64,000 nucleotides of DNA from a virus (lineage: Duplodnaviria > Caudoviricetes). The stretch lies in IMG/VR virus record IMGVR_UViG_2870609773_000002, positions 1 through 64,000 of that record; one strand, given 5' to 3'. The notes beneath the pieces were generated by a model. That model searched no databases and was not told the DNA's origin. It worked only from the letters and a program-made list of their open reading frames with translations. Shown in pieces: positions 1 to 9,382 of the stretch; the stretch's first letter is position 1; every line of letters begins with the position of its first letter. Both the position numbers and the translations under genes were made by a program.

Positions 1-1260
1 TCAGCGGCCATCGGGTTGCCGGAACTGCCGATCAATGGCTTCGCGGACCCGGTCGTGAGACGAAGGCAGCATATGGGCGTAGACACGCAGAGTAAGCGCT
101 GGATCGGCGTGACCCAAGTACTCGGACAGGTCCTTGATCGTCACACCACCTGCCAGGGTCACGCTGGCGAAGTAGTGACGGAGCTGGTGTGTGCCTTGCT
201 GCCGCGTGGTGAGGTAGCGTCGCCGGCCTTGTGTGTCCTTGACCGGCTCTGGAATGACTCCGGCCGCGACGAGCGCGGGTTTCCAGACGGTCTCGTCGTA
301 GTTGCGATGTCGAACGTGTAAATCGTCGGTCGCCCACCGGAACAGCAGGTCGTGAGTACGCGGCTTCCCAGCGGGTTTCTCCCAGGGCAGGGTGTATGGC
401 CGTGGCGTGTGGGCCTCGATGTGCGCACGCAGATGCTCTGCAACCCATCGAGACATGGGAATCGTGCGCTCCTTGTCCCTTTTCGGCAGGGCGAAAACGA
501 AGTCACTCCTCAGCTTCTTGACCTGGCGCCGCACATGAATGGTCATCTCCTCGAAATCCACGTCCTCGAGGGCGAGGCCGAACCACTCGCCTGCCCGCAT
601 GCCGCATCCAGCCCCGAGAACGGGCATGGCTCGCAGGTGCGCCGGATGGGCGGCGATGATCGCGAGAACCACCGAGTCCGCCCACGGGACCACCTTCTTG
701 TACGCGTGCGCAGGTGCCTTGACGATGTCGGCCTTTGCTGGGTTCTTCTTAATCTTCTCGTCGGCAACGGCGAGATCGAGGATGCCCTGCAGAACGAGGA
801 GTGCCGTAATCGGTGTTGAGGCCTCGTACCGCTCGCCGAGTTCAGCCAGGAACTCCTGGACTTCGGACGGCTTGATCGACCCAACCTTGCGTTTCCCGAA
901 CTTCGGGCCGATGTGAAGCCGGTACATCGACTCGTATCGGATGAGAGAGGCCGGGTCGATGCCGGTACGGGAGGATAGCCATCGCTGCCCGTAGGCGTCG
1001 AACTGGGCATTGCCAGCGGCGGGGTCGATGTACTCGCCTCGCTCCAGGTCCTCTTCCATCTTCCGGGCGTACTTCCTGGCGGCGTCCTTGACGCGCCGCG
1101 TGGCGGTCTTCTCCCTACCGTCCGGGCCGATCCACACGCCCTGCCACCGGTTCGCGTCCGGGTTGCCGCCGTTGTCGGGGTGCTTCGCGGTCTTCTTCCG
1201 GACGGGCTTGCCGTCAGGTCCTTTGACCGTCGTGAACCACAGGTCTCTGACACGGGCCAT
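1..1260 (-). CDS. int: Tyrosine integrase
   Basis: Catalytic motifs GMRAGE (R), HQLRHYF (HxxR), LGHADPALTLRVY (H...Y); N-terminal arm-binding region; 419 aa. Confidence 0.95.
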   Translation of the reverse strand: MARVRDLWFTTVKGPDGKPVRKKTAKHPDNGGNPDANRWQGVWIGPDGREKTATRRVKDAARKYARKMEEDLERGEYIDPAAGNAQFDAYGQRWLSSRTGIDPASLIRYESMYRLHIGPKFGKRKVGSIKPSEVQEFLAELGERYEASTPITALLVLQGILDLAVADEKIKKNPAKADIVKAPAHAYKKVVPWADSVVLAIIAAHPAHLRAMPVLGAGCGMRAGEWFGLALEDVDFEEMTIHVRRQVKKLRSDFVFALPKRDKERTIPMSRWVAEHLRAHIEAHTPRPYTLPWEKPAGKPRTHDLLFRWATDDLHVRHRNYDETVWKPALVAAGVIPEPVKDTQGRRRYLTTRQQGTHQLRHYFASVTLAGGVTIKDLSEYLGHADPALTLRVYAHMLPSSHDRVREAIDRQFRQPDGR

Positions 1261-1803
1261 CGTGCATCTCCTGAAGGGGTTGTGGCGATGCGCATCGAAC
1301 GGATCTACCGAGGTGTTTCGCCTGGTCCCGGACGTGCAGGCTCGCGGCGATCAGCAATTCGGAAGTCTCTCGTGATGCGTGTGGTGATCTTCGTAGACGC
1401 GTCTCGTGCAAGCGCACGCGTCGCGCTATGGTGTTTCTGACGCGTCTGACACGTCGAATAACGCTGTTTGTATCACACGATTCCGCCACGACAGGGCGAA
1501 AGCCCGCAACGGAGGCTTCGTCTTCAGGAGTAGCCCAGCCACACAACGAGAAAGGCGCCCCCCGCCGTAGCGGAGAGCGCCTCACCACATCACCAGCGAC
1601 ACCGCACCCCTGACCGGCTTCGAAGGTTGGTCGCCCAGACAAGCCGATCGGGTGGTGCCCCTAGATGCTTGGAGTCGAAGATATCACCTCGCCAAGCGTT
1701 CGCCCCGGCGCGCCAGGACCACCGGCGCCCGCCAGAGCCGAACGTCTTACAGCCCTCGCCCAAGCCGTCCCGCACGGCGGTCCTGTCGGCCGTGCCCGAG
1801 GGC

Positions 1804-2865
1804 ATGCGCCGCGCCCCCTCCCAACAGGCATTCATCCGCGCCGTCAAGCAGCACGCCGACGCGCTCACCCTGAAGTGCCACGCCTACCGCAACCTCACCG
1901 AGGTCGCGGGCAAGCTCGCCGACTGGGCCGACTGGACCACCCTGACCACCCGTCCCACCGAACAGCGCATCGCAGATGACCTCGACCTGGCGCTGTCCAC
2001 CGTGAAGCGCTGGATCCGGTGGCTGCGCGAACACGGCTTCCTCGGCGTCGTCGAGGAGGGCACGACCGTCCGCTTCCGCAGAGGCAACCGGTGCGGGCTC
2101 GACGACGACGGCCACGGGAACCGGGCGGCTGTCTGGGTGCTGTGCGTCCCGGCTCCCGAGCTGGACGACCACTATCTGCGTACCGACAAAACGACAACTG
2201 AACCCCCTTCTTGTACTTCCCGTAGGGGAGTACAAGAAGGTCCTACGCACGCGCGCGAGGAAAGATCAACTCCGCGCCGCCGAAACCGAATCTCGACGAC
2301 GACCGAGGCCACCGCCACGCCGGGGACTCGCAAGCACGCGCTCCAGATCGCCCAGAAGATCCACGACGCGAGCACCACGCTGCGGCGGCTGTCCCCCTGG
2401 TACATCCGGCACCTGACCAGGGTCTTCGTCGCTGCTGGGTGGACCGCTGGCGACGTGCTGCACGCCCTCGACCACCAGCCGGACGGCGCGGCCTGGACCT
2501 ACACCTGGACCAGTCGCGACCAGATCCGCAATGTTCCCGGCTGGGTGCGGTTCCGGCTGTCGATGTGGCTGGATGAGCACGGCCGGCCCCTGCCCGGCAA
2601 GTCGCAGCGGCTCGCGGCCGCGGCCGCCAAGCTCCGTGCTGAGCAGGCGGTCATGCGGGAGCAGTTCGAGGCGATGAACGCTCGTCGCGTTGGCGGGCCA
2701 GTCGAGCTGCCACCGAGACTGAGCAGGGCGGAAGCGCTCGCGCCGCCACCTGTGAGAGTCCGAGGAAGTGGCTCCGGTCCAAGCGCGGCTTACCGTGCGG
2801 CCCGGACGGCACTGGATGAGAAGCGGCTTGGGGAGGCTCACCGCGTTGCCGCTTCTACATCATGA
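1804..2865 (+). CDS. Replication-initiator-like protein (winged HTH; resembles actinobacterial plasmid Rep); start uncertain, ORF open from 1627
   Basis: HTH TEQRIADDLDLALSTVKRWIRWLREHGFL; C-terminal WTAGDVLHALDHQPDG...PGWVRFRLSMW recalled from actinobacterial plasmid Rep proteins. Confidence 0.55.
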   Translation: MRRAPSQQAFIRAVKQHADALTLKCHAYRNLTEVAGKLADWADWTTLTTRPTEQRIADDLDLALSTVKRWIRWLREHGFLGVVEEGTTVRFRRGNRCGLDDDGHGNRAAVWVLCVPAPELDDHYLRTDKTTTEPPSCTSRRGVQEGPTHAREERSTPRRRNRISTTTEATATPGTRKHALQIAQKIHDASTTLRRLSPWYIRHLTRVFVAAGWTAGDVLHALDHQPDGAAWTYTWTSRDQIRNVPGWVRFRLSMWLDEHGRPLPGKSQRLAAAAAKLRAEQAVMREQFEAMNARRVGGPVELPPRLSRAEALAPPPVRVRGSGSGPSAAYRAARTALDEKRLGEAHRVAASTS

Positions 2866-2892
2866 GGCGCTTGGTAGACAGGGCTTTCGCCC

Positions 2893-3465
2893 TTGGGCGT
2901 GCTGTGGTCAACTCGGGTTGTGCAGGCAGTCCTCACCAGCTTGGTCGCCATTCTCGGCACGGTCGTGGGATCCGTCATCACCTTCATCTTTCAGCGCAAG
3001 GCGGCTGAGCGAGCGGAGATATTTGCACGGAATGAGTGGCTTCTGCAGCAGCGGATGGAGACCTACAGTACCTTCAGCCAGCTTCTGATGGATCTTCGGG
3101 CTGCTCAGTACAACCGCTGGTATCGCCTTCGTGATGATCCTGACGGAGAAGGCGGAGCTTCATTCATTGCTGCCCGAGACGAGTCCTATCGCCTCCGGGC
3201 AGCCGCTGGCCATGCCTTGTTCCGAGTTCAGCTTCTCGCTCATGACCCGCGTCTTGTGAATCTGGCCAACGAGGCGGTCCGTCTGGCCGCTGAAATGCCT
3301 AAGTGTCGGGACAAGGGTGACTTGGAGGCCCGAGGTGACGAGGTCAAGCTTGCGCTGGAAGCGTTCGTAAAGGCGGCGGCAGGCATTGTCTCGCTGGCCG
3401 GGCAGGCGTCTCATCCCCCGCTTCCTGCGGTGACGATGGGGCACCGACAAAACGACAAATCCTGA
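2893..3465 (+). CDS. Hypothetical protein with N-terminal TM helix (moron-like)
   Basis: Hydrophobic VLTSLVAILGTVVGSVITFIF; more A/T-ending codons than neighbours. Confidence 0.65.
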   Translation: MGVLWSTRVVQAVLTSLVAILGTVVGSVITFIFQRKAAERAEIFARNEWLLQQRMETYSTFSQLLMDLRAAQYNRWYRLRDDPDGEGGASFIAARDESYRLRAAAGHALFRVQLLAHDPRLVNLANEAVRLAAEMPKCRDKGDLEARGDEVKLALEAFVKAAAGIVSLAGQASHPPLPAVTMGHRQNDKS

Positions 3466-3790
3466 TCTACGTAGTAAAGCCGGATGCTTAGGGCGGGCGA
3501 CTGGTCAGAATCAGCGCTGTACGCGCGTCAGATCGACGCAGACGCGCGCATAGTTCGTGTCTGGTGCATCTGACGCGTCATGTGCATGCAACCTCTTAGA
3601 ACGCGTCTGACGCGTTAACCAAATCGTTACATCGGGGGAGAGTCGTTGGACCCCCATATGTATAGGTATCCCCCCTGTATATGTTAGCGTCGAAGACGTA
3701 ACTCCACGAAACACCGCACCTGACCAGCCGAAACGCCGAAGAGGGTGCCGCACCCTGGCCCCGCCCGGCTGGACAGACCCGACACCATGT

Positions 3791-3811
3791 GCTGATAGCG
3801 GCACCGCAATC
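3791..3811 (+). promoter_or_regulatory. Motif A copy 1 (GCTGATAGCGGCACCGCAATC)
   Basis: Near match to consensus GCTAATAGCGGTACCGCAATC; upstream of early operon. Confidence 0.75.
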
Positions 3812-3878
3812 AACAAACAGGCTCCGGCCCCGCAACCGCCACGGTCGCGGGGTCGCGGCATGTCACAAGGGAAACGAC

Positions 3879-4937
3879 ATGACCACGATGATCACCCGAA
3901 CGCACGCCGAACTGCTCATCACAGTCAAGGCAATCCGCTACGCGGGCGGAACCACCAGCCAGATGCTCGCGACCATCGCCCGGATGCTGACCAACCCGGC
4001 CACCCCCGAGCAGTACGAGGACAACCTGCACACCGTCACCGCGACGGCCGCCCACCACTTCGCCTACGAGAAGGACACCGGCCCCACGTCGTACCCGGAG
4101 GACGCCACGTACGACGACCTCACCCCCGAAGGACAGATGGTCGTCATCCGGCACGTCATCTTCGACCTCGGCGAGCGCGACCAGCCGGCCGAGACGGCTG
4201 TCACCACGGCCCAAACGACAACCCCGACCACTCGCTACCTGGCCATCGCGATCGACGAGTCCGACACCTTCGCGCTCGGCCTCGACGGTGCTCCCCTCCC
4301 CGCGCACCACCTGGTGGCCATCGCCGAAGCGGAGGAGGACACCGAAGACGGCGAGACGACGCTGTTCCCCCTGCCGAAGATCGTCGCGATCCTCGACTCC
4401 GGCGTCCCCCTCGACAACGACGCCCCCGAGCTGGACGGCCTGCTCGACCGTCACGGCTGGAAGCTGATCGGCGAGAGCGACGGTTACCCCGACAACGACG
4501 AGCACGAGGTCACCCCGACCAACCCGACGACGACGCCACCCGCCATCGAGTACCACGACGGCCGCCCGATGCCGTACTACGTCGCCGGCCGGAAGAAGCT
4601 CGACGAGCGCGGCTCGCTGGTGGACGCGCTCCTCGTGACCACGTTCACCGCCGCCCAGGCCACCGACCCCGGCAAGTGGGGCCTCGACCACACCGGCGTC
4701 GAGCTGCTGCTGACCGGCGCCGTCCGCGCCGCCGTGGACGACCGGCTCGACTTCGAGCAAGTCGTCCGGGGCAACGCCGGGCATGACTGCAAGCGACGCC
4801 TGCTCATGGCCGCGTGCGCGGCGATCGACACCGCGCTCGAAGTGATCGGGGAGCGCGCCACCTGCCGCACCTGCGACGGCCCCGCCGTCTCCCGCACGAC
4901 GGACGGCAAGCCCGTCTGCGCCAACACCGGCCACTGA
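3879..4937 (+). CDS. Hypothetical early protein, C-terminal CxxC...C-H
   Basis: ORF with AAGGGA SD; strong C/G third-position bias. Confidence 0.75.
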   Translation: MTTMITRTHAELLITVKAIRYAGGTTSQMLATIARMLTNPATPEQYEDNLHTVTATAAHHFAYEKDTGPTSYPEDATYDDLTPEGQMVVIRHVIFDLGERDQPAETAVTTAQTTTPTTRYLAIAIDESDTFALGLDGAPLPAHHLVAIAEAEEDTEDGETTLFPLPKIVAILDSGVPLDNDAPELDGLLDRHGWKLIGESDGYPDNDEHEVTPTNPTTTPPAIEYHDGRPMPYYVAGRKKLDERGSLVDALLVTTFTAAQATDPGKWGLDHTGVELLLTGAVRAAVDDRLDFEQVVRGNAGHDCKRRLLMAACAAIDTALEVIGERATCRTCDGPAVSRTTDGKPVCANTGH

Positions 4938-4960
4938 GCCAGGACGAAAGGACCAGGAAC

Positions 4961-5110
4961 ATGCTGCGCGACCTGATCGACCTGCCCGAGGGCTGGGAGT
5001 GGAGCATCTACGGCGACACTCCTGTCTGCCCGGACGGCTACGAGATCGAGGTGGACGGCACCTGCCCGGACGGGCACGTCTCGCCCCTCCTTGACATGGG
5101 CCTCATCTGA
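4961..5110 (+). CDS. Small hypothetical protein (CPDGY...CPDGH, possible Zn binding)
   Basis: GAAAGGA SD upstream of ATG; 49 aa. Confidence 0.7.
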   Translation: MLRDLIDLPEGWEWSIYGDTPVCPDGYEIEVDGTCPDGHVSPLLDMGLI

Positions 5111-5131
5111 CCTTCGCTCCCGCCACCCCGA

Positions 5132-5710
5132 ATGGAGCCCACCATGGACACCACAACCCGCGGCATCGCCGAAGACCTGCTGCTCCTCATGCGCCGCCTC
5201 AACCAGGCCGATGACCAGAAGCTCGCCCGCGACCCCGGACCGTACGGGCACGCCCAGCGCGCGCTCATCGCGATCCTGGAGACCGCCGACTGGGGGCCCG
5301 CCCACGCCAGCGAAGCCATCCAGCACGCCATGCAGGAAGGCTGCACGCTGTTCGACGCGATGATGGCCACCCGCGCAGATGAATGCGGTACCGCAATCAA
5401 CGGCGCGAGCACAGTAAACGCGTCTATCGCCGAGATCAGTGACGAGCTGGCGCAGCAGATCGCTGACGCGATCGGTGAGCACTTCCACGGCGACCGCAAC
5501 TACTGGCCGAAGGTCATGGACGCTGACTGGGACGACGGCGACGGCCGCGTCATCGTCTGGGAGCACGGCGTGGACGAGTGGACGTTCCTCGTCTCCCACG
5601 GCGGCCGGCCGGACTATTCGCCGATCGAGTACGAGCCGGTCCCGCTGCCCGCGGGCGTGTGGGTCGAGGCGGTCAACCACTGCGCCCTGCGGGTCATGTC
5701 CCGCGAGTAG
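5132..5710 (+). CDS. Hypothetical protein
   Basis: 192-aa ORF with typical codon bias. Confidence 0.7.
   Translation: MEPTMDTTTRGIAEDLLLLMRRLNQADDQKLARDPGPYGHAQRALIAILETADWGPAHASEAIQHAMQEGCTLFDAMMATRADECGTAINGASTVNASIAEISDELAQQIADAIGEHFHGDRNYWPKVMDADWDDGDGRVIVWEHGVDEWTFLVSHGGRPDYSPIEYEPVPLPAGVWVEAVNHCALRVMSRE
5378..5398 (+). promoter_or_regulatory. Motif A copy 2 (GATGAATGCGGTACCGCAATC), inside CDS
   Basis: Perfect GCGGTACCGC core with AAT flanks. Confidence 0.65.
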
Positions 5711-5723
5711 GCCCGACAACGCC

Positions 5724-5754
5724 GATGGCCGGGCCCGCCACAGGCCCGGCCATC
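5724..5754 (+). terminator. GC-rich hairpin after 5132-5710
   Basis: GATGGCCGGGCC-7 nt-GGCCCGGCCATC. Confidence 0.55.
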
Positions 5755-5862
5755 CCAACACCACAAAAAGCCCCGGACCCTCGTCGCCACAACGAAGACC
5801 CGATGCGTTTCAGCGTAACGCACCCGCCCGGCCGCGACAGACCGCCCAGAAGGGGAGCAATC

Positions 5863-6027
5863 GTGACCCGTCCCGCCAACAGCCACCACGACGACCTTGA
5901 GCACGAGCCGGTGAGCATTACCGACGTCTTCCCCGTCGAGATCCACGACCAGTGCAACGACTGCCCGGCCCACGCCGACGCGCCCCCGGCGCAGCACAGC
6001 TACTCCTGCTCCACCAACTGGCGGTAG
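5863..6027 (+). CDS. Small hypothetical protein
   Basis: AAGGGGAG SD + GTG. Confidence 0.55.
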   Translation: MTRPANSHHDDLEHEPVSITDVFPVEIHDQCNDCPAHADAPPAQHSYSCSTNWR

Positions 6028-6033
6028 ATCGCC

Positions 6034-6288
6034 ATGCGTAACGACAACCTCGACCAGGAGCGCGGCTACGCCTACATGGCCGTCAGCCCGAACGGCGGCG
6101 GCAACATCTACGTCACCGGCCGCCCCTGCATCGCCTGCGCCCCTCCTCAGCCCGACCCCAACAACCGGCACCCCGTGCCCTGCGAGTGGGCGCGAGCACA
6201 CGCCTGGAACACCGTCCGCAACTGGGGCGCAGGCGCCCACGTTCGCCGCATCCCCATCACCGAGCTTCCGCCCGAGCTCCAACCCTGA
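6034..6288 (+). CDS. Small hypothetical protein (CxxC)
   Basis: Operon packing, codon bias. Confidence 0.65.
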   Translation: MRNDNLDQERGYAYMAVSPNGGGNIYVTGRPCIACAPPQPDPNNRHPVPCEWARAHAWNTVRNWGAGAHVRRIPITELPPELQP

Positions 6289-6301
6289 AGGGAACCGTCC
6301 C

Positions 6302-6580
6302 ATGCCCATGCAGCCCAACCGCAGCGCCTCCGGAATCATCCAGCGGCTGCGCAACGACGGATTCACCGTCAACGTCCCCGACAAGCCGTACCGCCGCATC
6401 TACCAGCTCCGGCTCAGCCGCGGCTGGTACTTCGGCACCCTCGACGTCTCCGCTGACAAGGGCCGCGCCCTGCGGATCTCCCTCACCTGGCAGCCCAACC
6501 GCAGCACCCGCAAGCGCGACGGCGCCACCCACATCATCGGCCTCCTCAACACCCTGCCTCAGCACGGCTGGGACAACTGA
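6302..6580 (+). CDS. Hypothetical protein
   Basis: AAGGGA SD; operon packing. Confidence 0.7.
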   Translation: MPMQPNRSASGIIQRLRNDGFTVNVPDKPYRRIYQLRLSRGWYFGTLDVSADKGRALRISLTWQPNRSTRKRDGATHIIGLLNTLPQHGWDN

Positions 6581-6591
6581 AAGGGAACCTC

Positions 6592-7320
6592 ATGCCCCTC
6601 ATGTACGTGCCAGGCATCGCCCGCGTCCACTACGACAGCATCCAGAATGGCCGCCACACCCAGGCCGACTACGTGGCCGTGCTCGACGGCGCGTGGGCGC
6701 TGGCCGTGGCGGTGTGCGACGGCGCTGGCGACGACTGCGACGCGGCCGACGCCGCCCAGATCAGCGCACAGATCGCCGCGGCGGTCACCGGCTCCACCAA
6801 CAGCGGCGTCCAGGGCCTGCACGCTGCTCGCACCTACCTGCAGCAGCGCAACGAGGACGCTCCGCCCGGACAGGAGGGCATCACCACGGCGGTCGTAGCC
6901 GCGATCACCCCGGGCTTCCTCGACATGGCGTGGGTCGGCGACTCACCCGCCTGGGCGGCGCGCCTGGACGGCAAGGTCGTCCCCCTGACCGTCCCGTCCT
7001 GCCATCCCTGCGGCACCCCGTGCAACGTCGAGGAGAAGCACGAGGCGGAAGGCCGCTGGCCGCACCGCCTGCTCACCGACACCGGCGACTACGCCCGCCT
7101 CATCATCGCGACGGACGGTCTGACCGCGCACCTGCCCCTCGCAGGCCGGGCCGACCACATGAACGCGATGCTCGACGACCTGGCGCGCCTCGCCTCGCCT
7201 GACCTGTCCGGCGAATATGTCGCGGCATCGCTGCTCGACATGGCCAGGCAGAGCCGCGACCCCGACAACACGACAGTCGCCGTGATCGACCTCCTGACGC
7301 ACGAGGGCGAGCCAGCGTGA
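6592..7320 (+). CDS. PP2C/PPM-family protein phosphatase
   Basis: Motifs in order: QAD, AVCDGAG, WVGDSPA, LIIATDGL, DNTTVAV. Confidence 0.85.
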   Translation: MPLMYVPGIARVHYDSIQNGRHTQADYVAVLDGAWALAVAVCDGAGDDCDAADAAQISAQIAAAVTGSTNSGVQGLHAARTYLQQRNEDAPPGQEGITTAVVAAITPGFLDMAWVGDSPAWAARLDGKVVPLTVPSCHPCGTPCNVEEKHEAEGRWPHRLLTDTGDYARLIIATDGLTAHLPLAGRADHMNAMLDDLARLASPDLSGEYVAASLLDMARQSRDPDNTTVAVIDLLTHEGEPA

Positions 7321-7721
7321 CGAGCACTCTCATCGGGCTGCTGCTCGCCGCGAGACCAGCCTGGGTCACCCGCGTGCAGCTCCGGACGGCCGAGGACGGT
7401 GACTGCTTCGACCTCCGGCACCTGACCGCCGCGCTGACCCTCGGCGATGGCGACAACGACGCCGAGATCTCCGAGGTCGAGGAGTACCCCGCCGCCCGCC
7501 TCATCGTCGGCCGGCTGTCGCACCCCGGCGACCGGCCCCGCAACGAGCTCGCCGCGGCGCTGCTCAGCCACTACTTCCCGCCCGCCGCCAACCGGTGGTG
7601 GCTCGACATCCGCGGCGGCGTCATCATCACCGGCCTGTGCCAGTGCGGCGCCCCCGCGGACCTTCCCAACCCCGTCTACGACACGGCACGCGTCGTGTCT
7701 GCACTGAGAGGAACGCGATGA
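7317..7721 (+). CDS. Hypothetical protein
   Basis: GTGA overlap with upstream stop. Confidence 0.7.
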   Translation: MTSTLIGLLLAARPAWVTRVQLRTAEDGDCFDLRHLTAALTLGDGDNDAEISEVEEYPAARLIVGRLSHPGDRPRNELAAALLSHYFPPAANRWWLDIRGGVIITGLCQCGAPADLPNPVYDTARVVSALRGTR

Positions 7722-8167
7722 GCAGGAGAACCAGGCCCGCCACCAACCCGAATACCAGCCACAGCGTCATCACTACGAAGGCGCGGGTCTGCGGGTGGGC
7801 CATCGAGCCCGGCGAGACCAGCGACGACGGCACGACGGAGCTGATCCTGACCCGCGACGACTGGAAGATCGTCGTGGCGTTCAAGGGGAGCACCGCGCTG
7901 GCGGCCGCCCTGCAGTACCCCGGCCGGTCGGAGCCCTCGGAGCTGATCGGAAGCGAGCAGTTGGCTCGCTTCCTGCGCGGCAACCGGGAGCAGATGGGGC
8001 GGTTCCGCATCGACCAGCGGGTCCTCGTCGGCGTCCAGGCCGGGACGGTGAAGGACATCAGGCCCGACGACGAGACGAAGGTTCGGCTCATCGTCCGCTA
8101 CGACGGCGGCACTACGGGCGACCCGTTCACCACGCACGTCCGCGCCGAGGTCAAGGCGGCGGTGTGA
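7718..8167 (+). CDS. Hypothetical protein
   Basis: ATGA overlap, GAGAGG SD. Confidence 0.7.
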   Translation: MSRRTRPATNPNTSHSVITTKARVCGWAIEPGETSDDGTTELILTRDDWKIVVAFKGSTALAAALQYPGRSEPSELIGSEQLARFLRGNREQMGRFRIDQRVLVGVQAGTVKDIRPDDETKVRLIVRYDGGTTGDPFTTHVRAEVKAAV

Positions 8168-8334
8168 CCTCGCGCGCAACACCCGTCAAGGCCGCGGACG
8201 TCGTCAAGGGCCGGGACGGCTCGTACGTCGTGCTGCGTGTCCGCGAGAACGGCGGCCTCATCAAGGCTCGCCACTCGGCCACCAACACCATCTGGCACCT
8301 GGAGGTGAGGGATGGAGCCTGGGCCCGGATCTGA
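8164..8334 (+). CDS. Small hypothetical protein
   Basis: GTGA overlap. Confidence 0.5.
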   Translation: MTSRATPVKAADVVKGRDGSYVVLRVRENGGLIKARHSATNTIWHLEVRDGAWARI

Positions 8335-8644
8335 ACTGGCCATCCCGTCCCAGGTGGTCGAGCCCGACACGATCGCACTCGAAGGCGTCCTGCTCAGCCC
8401 GGACGAGCCGAACGCCCTGGTGCGTGAGGGCGTGATGGTCTGCCCGTACCCCGACTGCGGCACGGCGGACCACATCGTCGAGCTTGACGTTGCCACCCGC
8501 ACCAACCAACTGCGGATCGTCGCGCCCGGCGAGGTCACGGCGGGCACGGGCGACGGCACGTACGAGACCGACGGCTACGAGTGCGAGGTGTGCTGCCGCC
8601 GGGTGAGCCTGCCGGACGGCTACGAGATCGTCTCCTGGGACTGA
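8312..8644 (+). CDS. Hypothetical Zn-ribbon protein (CPYPDC...CEVC)
   Basis: Two Cys pairs; GAGG SD. Confidence 0.65.
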   Translation: MEPGPGSELAIPSQVVEPDTIALEGVLLSPDEPNALVREGVMVCPYPDCGTADHIVELDVATRTNQLRIVAPGEVTAGTGDGTYETDGYECEVCCRRVSLPDGYEIVSWD

Positions 8645-8653
8645 TCTATCCAC

Positions 8654-8681
8654 GCTGGCCCTGCCATATGGCAGGGCCAGC
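8654..8681. repeat. Perfect 28-bp palindrome
   Basis: GCTGGCCCTGCCAT/ATGGCAGGGCCAGC with no spacer. Confidence 0.9.
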
Positions 8682-8686
8682 ACGTC

Positions 8687-8707
8687 AATAGCGCTACCGC
8701 AATTAGC
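8687..8707 (-). promoter_or_regulatory. Motif A copy 3 (reverse orientation)
   Basis: AATAGCGCTACCGCAATTAGC; intergenic. Confidence 0.75.
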
Positions 8708-8731
8708 CAACTGAACAGGGAGAATGCCACC

Positions 8732-9382
8732 ATGGCGACCACGAAGAGGGGCCGGCGCCGCCCCGTCACGCAGGCCATAAAGGACCGCAGCGCCGCCAGC
8801 CGTACGGCGGCGCGAGAGGCGCTGCACGCCTATGCCGTGCTGTGCCTGAACGACCCGGCCGAACTGGAGCGGTTCCGCGACATCGCGGCCAGCATCGGCT
8901 GGAAGCTCGACCCCGCCAGCGACGAGCCCGGCTACTCGCTGCAGAACGCGCTGCTCCTGGCCGCGCAGCGCCGACCGCTCACCCACTGCGGCGGCTTCGA
9001 CTACTGGCTCAGCCAGGGCCGTGCCGTGGCCGAGGGAGAGAAGTCGCTCGGCACCTTCCGGCACATCGGCCGGAAGAAGACCGACGAGGAGAAGGCCAAG
9101 GAGAAAGAGCTGGCCGACGACGGCTGGCAGTCCTCCAAGCGCGGGCCCCGCTACTACGTGAAGAAGGGCACGTTCGACGTCTCCCAGACCGTGCCGCGCG
9201 AGCGGTGCCCGCACTGCGGCACCATCCCGGCCAGCGAGGACGACCGCACCACGCAGTGCCCGCCGGACTGCGCCGCGTTCGCGCCCAGGCCCGGGTCCAA
9301 GCCGCCCCGCGTGATCGTCGTCGAGCTGCTGCAGGCCCAACTCCTCGACGCCGACGAGGCCGAGGGCGAGGCCAACCAGTGA
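8732..9382 (+). CDS. ArdC N-terminal-like ssDNA-binding (anti-restriction) domain protein
   Basis: YSLQNALLLAAQ...GFDYWLSQGRAVAEGEK fits the ArdC_N pattern YSxxNxLL..Q...GFxxW...GRxVxxGE; C-terminal CPHC. Confidence 0.7.
   Translation: MATTKRGRRRPVTQAIKDRSAASRTAAREALHAYAVLCLNDPAELERFRDIAASIGWKLDPASDEPGYSLQNALLLAAQRRPLTHCGGFDYWLSQGRAVAEGEKSLGTFRHIGRKKTDEEKAKEKELADDGWQSSKRGPRYYVKKGTFDVSQTVPRERCPHCGTIPASEDDRTTQCPPDCAAFAPRPGSKPPRVIVVELLQAQLLDADEAEGEANQ

Noticed and set aside
1-60. attL core
   Set aside because: The integrase stop is at bases 1-3, so the att site lies outside the window.
1261-1640. Excisionase upstream of integrase
   Set aside because: No small HTH ORF found in any minus-strand frame examined.
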